NCBI GenBank assembly: GCA_013204405.1
Contig: JABMNX010000040.1
Location: 1,046-65,045, forward strand
DNA length: 64,000 bases
Direction of reading: 5' to 3'
From: Candidatus Kaiserbacteria bacterium
GTDB taxonomy: Bacteria > Patescibacteriota > Minisyncoccia > Phycocordibacterales > JABMNX01
Below, one piece after another: positions 19,156 to 27,679 of this stretch (the stretch's first letter is position 1; each line of letters opens with the position of its first letter). The position numbers were made by a program, and so were the translations under genes. A model generated the notes under the pieces. The model was not told the origin of the DNA, searched no databases, and was given only the letters and a program-made list of their open reading frames with translations.

Positions 19156-20769
19156 ATGAATACACCACAGAAAACAACTAAACTTATTGCTATGTATGCT
19201 CGTGTTTCAACCTCCCACCAAGAGGAAGAACAGACTATAGAAAACCAAATGAACGCAATGAAAGAGTATATTGAAGGTAAGGGGTATACCGTGGTGCGTG
19301 TGTATAAAGACGAAGGGTGGAGTGGTGATAGTCTTATACGCCCAGCTCTTGATAGATTAAGGCAAGACGCTAAAGACAAAATCTGGGAGGGTGTACTTAT
19401 ATATGACCCTGACAGACTGGCTCGTCGATACTCATATCAAGAACTTGTTTCTGACGAACTTAGAGAAGCGGGTATTGAAGTTATGTATGTTACGGTTTCA
19501 GCTCCTAAAAACAATGAAGACAAAATACTTCACGGAGTAAGAGGATTGTTTGCAGAATACGAGAGAGCAAAAATTACTGAAAGATTTAGGTTGGGTAAAC
19601 TACGTAAAATAAAGAATGGTCACATTTTAGTAAGTGAACCGCTGTATGGATATTCTTATGTACCCAAAAATGATAAACAGCACGGTTATTATGAAATTAA
19701 CGAACAAGAAGCTAGTGTTGTGAGGCAGATTTTTTCTTGGGTTGCAGACGAAAAAATGACATTACGAGGAATTGTTAGGAGGTTACAGAAAGAGAATATA
19801 AAACCACGAAAAAGTAAGCGTGGGGTTTGGAGTACAAGCACATTAAGCACAATGCTACGAAATGAGGCATACATTGGCGAGGCACACTGGGGCAGTTCTT
19901 ATGCTGTTATTCCAGAAAAGCCACTGAAGGAGGAAAAATATAAGAAGATAAAGAAAAGTAGTCGGAGAATAAAACCGAAAGAGGAATGGCTAATTATTCC
20001 TGTTCCAGTAATAGTTGGTAAAGATATCTTTGAGAGAACACGAGCACAACTGAAAAGGAACTTTGCGCAGTGTAAAAGAAACAAAAAGAACGATTATCTA
20101 CTGTCCAGTCTTATTTATTGTGAGTGTGGTCGTAGGAGGGCTGGGGAGGGGGCTATGAATGGTAAACATTTATATTATCGTTGTACTGATAGGGTACATA
20201 GTTTCCCGCTAGCACCGACTTGCAAGGAAGGAGGTATAAACGCGAGAGTGTCAGATAAATTAGTGTGGGAGAAAATCTCAAAGCTAATGACTTCACCTGA
20301 ATTATTGAATAAGCAAATTGAAAGGTGGAACAGAAGCCAGAAAACAAAAACTAGTGGGACTATATTTAATGTTGAGTCTTTGGAGACTGAATTAAATAAG
20401 CTAAAGAAACAGGAAGATAGATACAACAAAGCGTATGGTGCTGGAGCATTTAGTGTTGAGCAACTAAAGGAGTACACATCTCCTCTGAAACAGCATATTA
20501 GTGAGGTAGAGATACAAATTGCGGAAACAAGAGAACAAGAAAAAGAGCAAAAGATTAGTAAATTACCAAGTGAAGCAGATGCCAAAGTATTTGCAGAGAG
20601 GGTTAAAGAAAATATAAATAACTTGAACTTTTCCTCAAAACGAGAGATAGTATTGTCTGCGGTGGAGAAAATCGTAGGCACACAAGAAAAGTTATGTGTA
20701 TCTGGGTATATCCCCGTAGATAATTATGTCTCATTCAAAACTAACCATCGGAATCGTTGGACTCCCTAA
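19156..20769 (+). CDS. Large serine recombinase (integrase), integrated-state form
   Basis: YARVST catalytic Ser, DEGWSG...RPAL, DRLAR, EYERAKITER, YGY, Zn ribbon CECG...YYRC...C and a coiled coil. Confidence 0.96.
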   Translation: MNTPQKTTKLIAMYARVSTSHQEEEQTIENQMNAMKEYIEGKGYTVVRVYKDEGWSGDSLIRPALDRLRQDAKDKIWEGVLIYDPDRLARRYSYQELVSDELREAGIEVMYVTVSAPKNNEDKILHGVRGLFAEYERAKITERFRLGKLRKIKNGHILVSEPLYGYSYVPKNDKQHGYYEINEQEASVVRQIFSWVADEKMTLRGIVRRLQKENIKPRKSKRGVWSTSTLSTMLRNEAYIGEAHWGSSYAVIPEKPLKEEKYKKIKKSSRRIKPKEEWLIIPVPVIVGKDIFERTRAQLKRNFAQCKRNKKNDYLLSSLIYCECGRRRAGEGAMNGKHLYYRCTDRVHSFPLAPTCKEGGINARVSDKLVWEKISKLMTSPELLNKQIERWNRSQKTKTSGTIFNVESLETELNKLKKQEDRYNKAYGAGAFSVEQLKEYTSPLKQHISEVEIQIAETREQEKEQKISKLPSEADAKVFAERVKENINNLNFSSKREIVLSAVEKIVGTQEKLCVSGYIPVDNYVSFKTNHRNRWTP

Positions 20770-20775
20770 TGTGGG
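20726..20775. other. attR (P-core-B')
   Basis: ATGTCTCATT-caaaa-CTAACCAT-C-GG, followed by host ychF sequence. Confidence 0.88.
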
Positions 20776-21832
20776 GAAGTCCACATTATTTAATGCATTA
20801 ACAAAGCGCTCTGTACCAGCGGAGAATTTTCCATTTTGTACAATTGACCCTTCTGTAGGTGTTGTTGCAGTCCCAGACAGTAGACTTGAAAAACTTACCA
20901 CGCTTTCAAATTCACAAAAGACTATACCAACTGCAATTGAGTTTGTTGATATTGCAGGGCTTGTAAAAGGAGCATCCGATGGAGAAGGTCTTGGAAATAA
21001 ATTCCTTTCACATATTAGAGAAGTAGACGCAATAGCACACGTGGTGCGACTTTTTGAGGATACCGACATAACACATGTTCACGGCACTATTAATCCAGTT
21101 GATGATATTACAGTGATTAATCTAGAACTTATTATTGCTGATATGCAAACAGCCGCTAAACGGATGCAGTCAATAGAGCGAGAAGTGAGACGTGGAGATA
21201 AAGAAGCAGTTCTTGAGCACCATACTGTTACTAAAATTTTAAAGACTCTTGAGGCAGGGAATCTTGCTCGATCAACTGAACTTAATGAAAAAGAAGAAGA
21301 GGTTATTAAAGGACTCCACCTTTTGACTATGAAGCCAATGTTGTATGTCCTCAATAAGAAGGCAAATGCACTTAACTTGGACGAAGAGAACGGAGAACGG
21401 TATGAAAAACTCCTGCAATTTATTGAGGATTCACATGCACAGTATGTAATTATTGATGCGGGAGTAGAACATGAGCTTAAAGATGTTTCTCCTGAAGATA
21501 AAGATGAGTTTCTTCGTGAGTTTGGAGTAGTCGAAGATGGAGTAAGTGCATTTATTCAAATGGGATACAGATTACTTGATTTGATTACATTCTTTACGAC
21601 AGGTGAAGATGAAACACGGGCATGGACAGTACTACGGGATAGTTCTGCTCCTGATGCAGGAGCTGCTATCCATTCTGACTTTCGAGATAAATTTATTAGA
21701 GCTGACGTTGTTGCGTACGAGAAGCTTATGGAGGCAGGTTCATACGCCATTGCACGGGAAAAGGGTTCGGTGCGCACCGAAGGGAAGGCATATGTTGTGC
21801 AAGATGGCGACATTATAGAATTCAGAATATAA
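20726..21832 (+). CDS. ychF: Obg-family ATPase YchF with an element-supplied N-terminus
   Basis: GIVGLPNVGKSTLFNALT, NFPFCTIDP, DIAGLVKGAS.GEGLGNKFL and a TGS domain. Confidence 0.97.
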   Translation: MSHSKLTIGIVGLPNVGKSTLFNALTKRSVPAENFPFCTIDPSVGVVAVPDSRLEKLTTLSNSQKTIPTAIEFVDIAGLVKGASDGEGLGNKFLSHIREVDAIAHVVRLFEDTDITHVHGTINPVDDITVINLELIIADMQTAAKRMQSIEREVRRGDKEAVLEHHTVTKILKTLEAGNLARSTELNEKEEEVIKGLHLLTMKPMLYVLNKKANALNLDEENGERYEKLLQFIEDSHAQYVIIDAGVEHELKDVSPEDKDEFLREFGVVEDGVSAFIQMGYRLLDLITFFTTGEDETRAWTVLRDSSAPDAGAAIHSDFRDKFIRADVVAYEKLMEAGSYAIAREKGSVRTEGKAYVVQDGDIIEFRI

Positions 21833-21860
21833 TTGACTTTTACATATTTAGTTGTATAAT
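21833..21860 (+). promoter_or_regulatory. Sigma-70 promoter
   Basis: TTGACT-16 nt-TATAAT. Confidence 0.55.
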
Positions 21861-21919
21861 TTTTACTTAGGAACAGTTTGCAGCAAATTGCTGCTTCATC
21901 AGAAAAAGGATTTTCAAAA

Positions 21920-22408
21920 ATGAAGGGTAACAAAGGTTTCCTTCTCATAATTACTTTGTTTGTTTTAGTTCTTTTGATTGGGCTTACCTTCTTCATCAAC
22001 AAGAAGGTTCATGCAGAGGAAACAGAAATATGGGAGTGCGTTCACGTACTTCCATCTAATAACCCAAACCTTGATGGCGAACTGAAGAAAAACCTAAAGG
22101 TTTTGAGTGTCAGTTGTGTTGAAGAGAAGCCTGATCATGCAGTTATCTTTCTTCAGGTTGGCCGCCCACACCGTAAGCATGAGCTAGGAAGTCCTCAGTT
22201 CTCAATTCTTGTTGGTGTCTGGGTCACATATAATGACGGACATTCTGTGAAGGAAGGTGAGTGGGTTGGAGAATCAAATCCCCAAGAAATCAAAGGAAAA
22301 TCTGGGTTTTCTAATAACGACCTGGTCGCGTGGGGAATGGTCGCTGAAGCAATCCAGAATGGGAAAAGCAATTTCCACACAACCGTCCGGCTATTGAGAG
22401 GACCGTGA
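21920..22408 (+). CDS. Hypothetical exported or membrane-anchored protein
   Basis: N-terminal hydrophobic helix followed by a VHA-E cleavage-like site. Confidence 0.6.
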   Translation: MKGNKGFLLIITLFVLVLLIGLTFFINKKVHAEETEIWECVHVLPSNNPNLDGELKKNLKVLSVSCVEEKPDHAVIFLQVGRPHRKHELGSPQFSILVGVWVTYNDGHSVKEGEWVGESNPQEIKGKSGFSNNDLVAWGMVAEAIQNGKSNFHTTVRLLRGP

Positions 22409-22418
22409 CAAGAATAAA

Positions 22419-22459
22419 GACCCGTCAGTTCGTGAGAACTCGGCGGGTCGACTTTTTTT
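22419..22459 (+). terminator. Intrinsic terminator
   Basis: GACCCGTC-AGTTC-GTGA-GAACT-C-GGCGGGTC followed by a T7 run. Confidence 0.75.
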
Positions 22460-22514
22460 ATACGTGTTGTATACTTTTTCTACCTATACTAGTAAATGAA
22501 TACTTAATATAACT

Positions 22515-23453
22515 ATGAAAACAACCCCCAAAGATTTCTTTTTCTCAGTAGGAGCATTCGCTGCACTCTACATAAGTGCTGTGAGTTTACTAACACTACT
22601 CTTTCAGTACATAGACATTCTTTTCAAGGATGCACTCGATACATTTTATGACCCATACTCTGGAGCAATTCGTTTCTCAATAGCATCATTAATTATTATT
22701 TTCCCGCTGTACGTTTACTTAACTCGTCTTATTAATCAGGACATACGGATGAATCCTGAGAAGAAAGAAGTTGGTGTACGAAAGTGGCTTATTTACCTTA
22801 CGTTATTTGTTGCAGGGGCTACTATTATTATTGACCTTATTGTACTTATTAATACATTTCTTGGTGGAGAAGAACTAACTTCTGGATTTATCTTGAAAGT
22901 CATTTCTGTCCTAGTAGTCATTGGAGGTGTCTTCCTGTATTACTTATATGATTTACGTGGTAAATGGGAAACCTCAAAAAGTCTTTCTCAAACAATTGGT
23001 GGAATAGTTTCTATTCTGATTCTTTCAGCTATTGTTGGCGGGTTCTTCATTATCGGTTCCCCTCAAACGCAACGATTAATTCGATTTGACCAAGATAAGA
23101 TTAATGACCTTTCAAGTATTCAATGGCAGATTGTAAATTTCTACCAACAGAAAGAAAGATTCCCAAAATCTCTTGATGAGCTAGAGGATCCTCTTGTTGG
23201 ATTTATTGTGCCAAAAGATTCTCAGACAGGTAATGATTACATATATAACTTAGGTGAAGGTACATTGTTTGAACTTTGTGCTAACTTCAACAAGGAAAGT
23301 AGGGGATACGCTATGGGTGAGTCTCGTATTGTTAAACCTATAAACTCAGAATATGGGTATGGACTTGAGAATGAAAATTGGACTCATGGGGAAGGTGAGG
23401 CGTGTTTTGAGAGAACAATTGACCCCGATAAGTTTCCTCCATTGAAACGATAA
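22515..23453 (+). CDS. DUF5671-like membrane protein with a pilin-like C-terminal domain
   Basis: 5 TM helices, VRKWLIYLTLF, GSPQTQRLIRFD...DL..I and FELCANF. Confidence 0.7.
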   Translation: MKTTPKDFFFSVGAFAALYISAVSLLTLLFQYIDILFKDALDTFYDPYSGAIRFSIASLIIIFPLYVYLTRLINQDIRMNPEKKEVGVRKWLIYLTLFVAGATIIIDLIVLINTFLGGEELTSGFILKVISVLVVIGGVFLYYLYDLRGKWETSKSLSQTIGGIVSILILSAIVGGFFIIGSPQTQRLIRFDQDKINDLSSIQWQIVNFYQQKERFPKSLDELEDPLVGFIVPKDSQTGNDYIYNLGEGTLFELCANFNKESRGYAMGESRIVKPINSEYGYGLENENWTHGEGEACFERTIDPDKFPPLKR

Positions 23454-23495
23454 TAAAAACTCTGTAGTGCAAGAAGGTAGTAACACTGAACGTAT

Positions 23496-26400
23496 ATGGC
23501 ATCGTATAATCACGAAGAGATAGAAAAAAAATGGCAGAAAAAATGGAAAGAGTCTGGAATTTATGACACGGAGAATCGAGACACTACTAAGGGCAAAGAG
23601 TATGTTTTAGTAGAGTGGCCGTATCCATCAGGCAACCTCCATATTGGTCACTGGTTTGCTTTTGCTGTTGTTGATATATATGTACGAGCAAGACGGATGC
23701 ATGGAAAGCAGGTATTTTTCCCTATGGGGTTTGATGCGTTCGGTCTTCCTGCTGAGAATGCTGCAATAAAAAATAATTTAAATCCAAAAGAGTGGACCGA
23801 TAAAAATATCGCATACATGAAAGGGCAGTTAGAAAGTATGGGGAATGCGTTTTCTTGGGACAAGACAACTAGCTCAACTGATCCTGAATACTATAAGTGG
23901 ACCCAGTGGATGTTCACTAAGTTTTTTGAAAATGATATCGCATACCGAGGTGAAGGAATTGTAAACTGGTGCTCGAGCTGTAACACAGTACTTGCAAATG
24001 AACAGGTACTTCCCGAGGGAGACTGTGAGCGGTGTGGTAATCAGGTTGAAAAGAAAAAGATGGATGAGTGGAAGATGCGTATTACAAAATATGCAGATAG
24101 ACTCATTGATGATTTAGATTCACTCGATTGGCCTGAGTCAATAAAAGAGTCGCAGCGTAATTGGATAGGGCGAAGTGAAGGGGCAGAGATTGATTTTCCG
24201 CTTTCGCTATCTTTATATGGAGGTGAAGTTGTGTTTGCAACAAACAATCATGGGAAGCTCGAGCGAATGCAGAAACTTTTTGATGCTGCAGGGTTTTCAA
24301 TAAAATTAAAGACACCACTTGAAATTGGTGTTAAAGATTTTAATGTAGAAGAAGATAGACCGACACTTGAAGAAAATGCTGAAAAGAAGGCTCGTGCTCT
24401 TGCTGAAAAAACAGACCTTCCTGTACTGGCCGATGACAGCGGGTTCTTTATTGATGGAGAAGAGATTGACCCAGTAACAGTAAAAAGAAACGCACTTGCT
24501 GGACAGTCTGAAGAAGGTATGACTATCGAAGAGGTAGGAAATTTAATGATTACATACTATCAAAATGTCGCTAAAGCTCGAGGAGGGTCTGTTGATGCTG
24601 AATGGCATAATGCTTTTTGTCTAATTACATCAAAAAAAATAGTGTCACACACACAAACCACTCGTCCTGTTACACTTACAGACGAACCAAAAGGTGTAAT
24701 GAATCCATACCTACCACTTAGGTCTCTGTACATATCAAAAGTGACTGGGAAACACGTGCTTTTACAAAGTGATGAAGAGGAACTCGAAGAATTAAATCCA
24801 ATTATTAAAGGAATACAAAATTTATTTACACCATCGATCAAAGTGTTCACCACGCGTCCAGACACACTTTATGGAGCTACATACATGGTACTTGCTCCAG
24901 AACATCCGCTTGTAGAGAAATTTAAGGGTGTGGTATCTAATTGGGACGAAATAGAAGCGTATCAAAAAGAAACTGCAACAAAAGACGACATAGTTCGGAC
25001 GACAGAAAATAAAGAAAAGACCGGAGTCAAACTTGAGGGAGTCCTTGCTATTAACCCAGCAAACCAAGAAGAAATTCCAGTTTTTATAGCAGACTACGTA
25101 TTATCTGGATATGGTACAGGTGCAATCATGGCAGTTCCAGCGCATGATGAGCGAGATTTTGCTTTCGCGAAGAAATTTAAACTTGCTACTAAAGAGGTTG
25201 TTTCAAACAAGCTCACAGACGAAAATATTTTTACTGGAGAGGGTACTCTTATAAACTCTGGAGAATTTGATGGACTTACAAGCGAGGAAGCAAAAGGAAA
25301 AATAACAAAAAAAGTTGGGGGAGAAATGAAATCAACGTATAGGCTTCGCGACTGGTCTGTTGGCCGTCAGCGATATTGGGGAGTTCCTATTCCTATTGTG
25401 TATGACAAGGAAGGAAAGGCTCACCCTGTTCCAGAAAAACATCTTCCATGGCTTTTACCAGAAGATGTTGACTTTAGGCCTACAGGAGAGCCACCATTAG
25501 CTAAAAGTAAAGAGCTTCTTGAACGAACAGAAAAGATATTTGGAGATGGCTGGACCCCAGAGGTTGAGACCATGGACACATTTGTTGATTCTTCATGGTA
25601 TTTTCTTCGCTATATAGATAATGAAAACGGCACAGAGTTTTCTTCAATGGAGAAGCAAAAAGAGTGGATGCCGATAGATATTTACTTCGGCGGTGCTGAG
25701 CATACAACAATGCATCTTCTTTATTCTCGTTTCTGGCAAAAGGTTCTTTTTGATTTAGGGCTTGTAACAGAGAGTGAGCCGTATAAGAGGCGAATTAATC
25801 GTGGACTCGTTCTCGGACCTGACGGCAACAAGATGAGTAAGTCAAAAGGAAACGTTATTGATCCTGATGAACAAGTGAAACGTCTCGGGTCTGATGCTGT
25901 AAAGATGTATTTAGCATTTATGGGACCGTACGGAGAAACAACTAACTACCCGTGGGACCTCGGTGGCATTGTTGGAATTCGTCGTTTCCTAGAACGAGTA
26001 GATAAGATGATTGATAAAGAAAATATAATGGATTCCGAAGACGTACATCTTGAGAGGCATTTACATCAGACAATTAAGAAAGTGGGAGGAGACATTGAGT
26101 TATATAAATTTAATACAGCAATATCTCAACTCATGATTTTTCTTAATCAAATGCAGACTCTTAAGGTAAGTAAAAATACACTCGAAATATTCCTTAGACT
26201 TCTTGCTCCATTTGCTCCACATCTCACAGAAGAACTCTGGGAGAGGCTGGGAAATATGACCTCAATCCACCTAGAAGAATGGCCCGAATTTGATGAATCA
26301 AAGCTTGTCTCTGACACAGTATCCATTGCTGTGCAGATACATGGGAAGGTGAGGGGGTTAGTAGAAAGTCCTTCTGGGTCAAGCGAAGACGAGGTTCTTG

Positions 26401-26498
26401 CTTTGGTTCGAAAGGATGAGGGTCTTTCTAAGTGGATAGAGGGGGAGCCAAAGAGGGTGATATATGTTGAGAATAAGCTTATTAATCTAGTGTTTTAA
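23496..26498 (+). CDS. leuS: Leucyl-tRNA synthetase with an inserted Ham1/ITPase-like domain
   Basis: PYPSGNLHIGH, KMSKSKGN, FTTRPDT and GTGAIMAVPAHDERD; about 210 extra aa after GRSEGAEIDF. Confidence 0.96.
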   Translation: MASYNHEEIEKKWQKKWKESGIYDTENRDTTKGKEYVLVEWPYPSGNLHIGHWFAFAVVDIYVRARRMHGKQVFFPMGFDAFGLPAENAAIKNNLNPKEWTDKNIAYMKGQLESMGNAFSWDKTTSSTDPEYYKWTQWMFTKFFENDIAYRGEGIVNWCSSCNTVLANEQVLPEGDCERCGNQVEKKKMDEWKMRITKYADRLIDDLDSLDWPESIKESQRNWIGRSEGAEIDFPLSLSLYGGEVVFATNNHGKLERMQKLFDAAGFSIKLKTPLEIGVKDFNVEEDRPTLEENAEKKARALAEKTDLPVLADDSGFFIDGEEIDPVTVKRNALAGQSEEGMTIEEVGNLMITYYQNVAKARGGSVDAEWHNAFCLITSKKIVSHTQTTRPVTLTDEPKGVMNPYLPLRSLYISKVTGKHVLLQSDEEELEELNPIIKGIQNLFTPSIKVFTTRPDTLYGATYMVLAPEHPLVEKFKGVVSNWDEIEAYQKETATKDDIVRTTENKEKTGVKLEGVLAINPANQEEIPVFIADYVLSGYGTGAIMAVPAHDERDFAFAKKFKLATKEVVSNKLTDENIFTGEGTLINSGEFDGLTSEEAKGKITKKVGGEMKSTYRLRDWSVGRQRYWGVPIPIVYDKEGKAHPVPEKHLPWLLPEDVDFRPTGEPPLAKSKELLERTEKIFGDGWTPEVETMDTFVDSSWYFLRYIDNENGTEFSSMEKQKEWMPIDIYFGGAEHTTMHLLYSRFWQKVLFDLGLVTESEPYKRRINRGLVLGPDGNKMSKSKGNVIDPDEQVKRLGSDAVKMYLAFMGPYGETTNYPWDLGGIVGIRRFLERVDKMIDKENIMDSEDVHLERHLHQTIKKVGGDIELYKFNTAISQLMIFLNQMQTLKVSKNTLEIFLRLLAPFAPHLTEELWERLGNMTSIHLEEWPEFDESKLVSDTVSIAVQIHGKVRGLVESPSGSSEDEVLALVRKDEGLSKWIEGEPKRVIYVENKLINLVF

Positions 26499-26576
26499 AG
26501 AGGTATTATGGGGGGCTTGACGAAACACTAGACAAATGATAAAAATTAGAGTACACTATCTGTTAATAATCAATAT

Positions 26577-27605
26577 ATGGCTAAAATAACCTTTAAACCA
26601 AAACAGGTCTCGAAGACTCTACTTTCAGTATTACCTCCACGAGCTCAGGAGGTTCTTACTAGTCGGTATGGTCTCGGGAAGACAACCACTAAAATGACCC
26701 TAGAATCTATTGGTGAAAGGTATGGTATTACTCGGGAACGAGTACGTCAGATTGAAAACCATGCTGTTTTGAGTATTCGAAAGTCGGATACATTTGAGAA
26801 GACTACTCCTGTTTTTGATGAGTTGGAGCAATATATTAATTCTCTTGGAGGTGTAGTGTCAGAAGAGGAACTTCTTTCAAGTATCTCAAAAGACAAGGGA
26901 ACTCAGAACCATATTCATTTCCTTTTAGTTCTTGGTAACTCATTTACACACAAAAAAGAAGACAGTGAATTTACACACCGGTGGTATGTTGACGAAGAAT
27001 TTGCAGACCAAATTCATGTTGCACTCCGTAAACTTTACTCAAACTTGTCTGATGACGAGTTAATTACTGAGTCAACATTACTCGATTCGTTTTTAAATGA
27101 GGTGAAGCATCTTAACGAAGAATACTTACAAGAAGAAATCCTTCGAAGATGGTTATCTCTTTCAAAAACAATAGCAAAAAATCCTCTTGGAGAATGGGGA
27201 CAAGCATCATCTTCAAACGTTAAAGCTAAGGGAATGCGAGACTTTGCATATTTAGCAATTAAACGACATGGTTCCCCTATGCACTTTACTGAAGTGGCCA
27301 ACGCAATTACTGACCTATTTAATAAAAAGGCACACGTTGCCACATGTCACAATGAACTCATCAAAGATAAACGCTTTGTGTTGGTTGGACGAGGTCTCTA
27401 TGCTCTTGCAGAGTGGGGGTACTCGAGTGGTGTGGTAAAGGAAGTACTTCGAGCAATTCTTAGCAAAGAAGGACCGTTAACTCGAGAGGAGTTAATAGAC
27501 AGAATTCGAAAAGAACGGTATGTCAAAGACAATACTATCTCAGTAAACCTTCAAGACACGTCTGTATTTAAAAAAGATAAAAACGGTAAATACATATTAG
27601 CGTAA
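26577..27605 (+). CDS. Sigma-70 region-4 HTH plus HARE-HTH/RNAP-delta-like protein
   Basis: TLESIGERYGITRERVRQIE; PMHFTEVA...HNELIKDKRFVLVGRGLYALAEWG. Confidence 0.8.
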   Translation: MAKITFKPKQVSKTLLSVLPPRAQEVLTSRYGLGKTTTKMTLESIGERYGITRERVRQIENHAVLSIRKSDTFEKTTPVFDELEQYINSLGGVVSEEELLSSISKDKGTQNHIHFLLVLGNSFTHKKEDSEFTHRWYVDEEFADQIHVALRKLYSNLSDDELITESTLLDSFLNEVKHLNEEYLQEEILRRWLSLSKTIAKNPLGEWGQASSSNVKAKGMRDFAYLAIKRHGSPMHFTEVANAITDLFNKKAHVATCHNELIKDKRFVLVGRGLYALAEWGYSSGVVKEVLRAILSKEGPLTREELIDRIRKERYVKDNTISVNLQDTSVFKKDKNGKYILA

Positions 27606-27679
27606 CCAGACTAGAGAGTTCACAATATGTTTGTAAAAGGGCTGTTACATACAGCTCTTTTGCGTTATGATTTACTGTA

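Larger units (their letters stand above)
6341..20751. mobile_element. 14.4-kb integrative defence element inserted in ychF by a large serine recombinase
   Basis: ATCGG direct repeat at 6336-6340 and 20747-20751; split ychF 5' end; recombinase at the right end; reconstructed attP is an inverted repeat centred on GG; accessory cargo. Confidence 0.92.

Noticed and set aside
24201-24834. Intein or intron in leuS
   Set aside because: The frame is continuous, there are no intein terminal residues or LAGLIDADG motifs, and the insert carries Ham1-type motifs instead.
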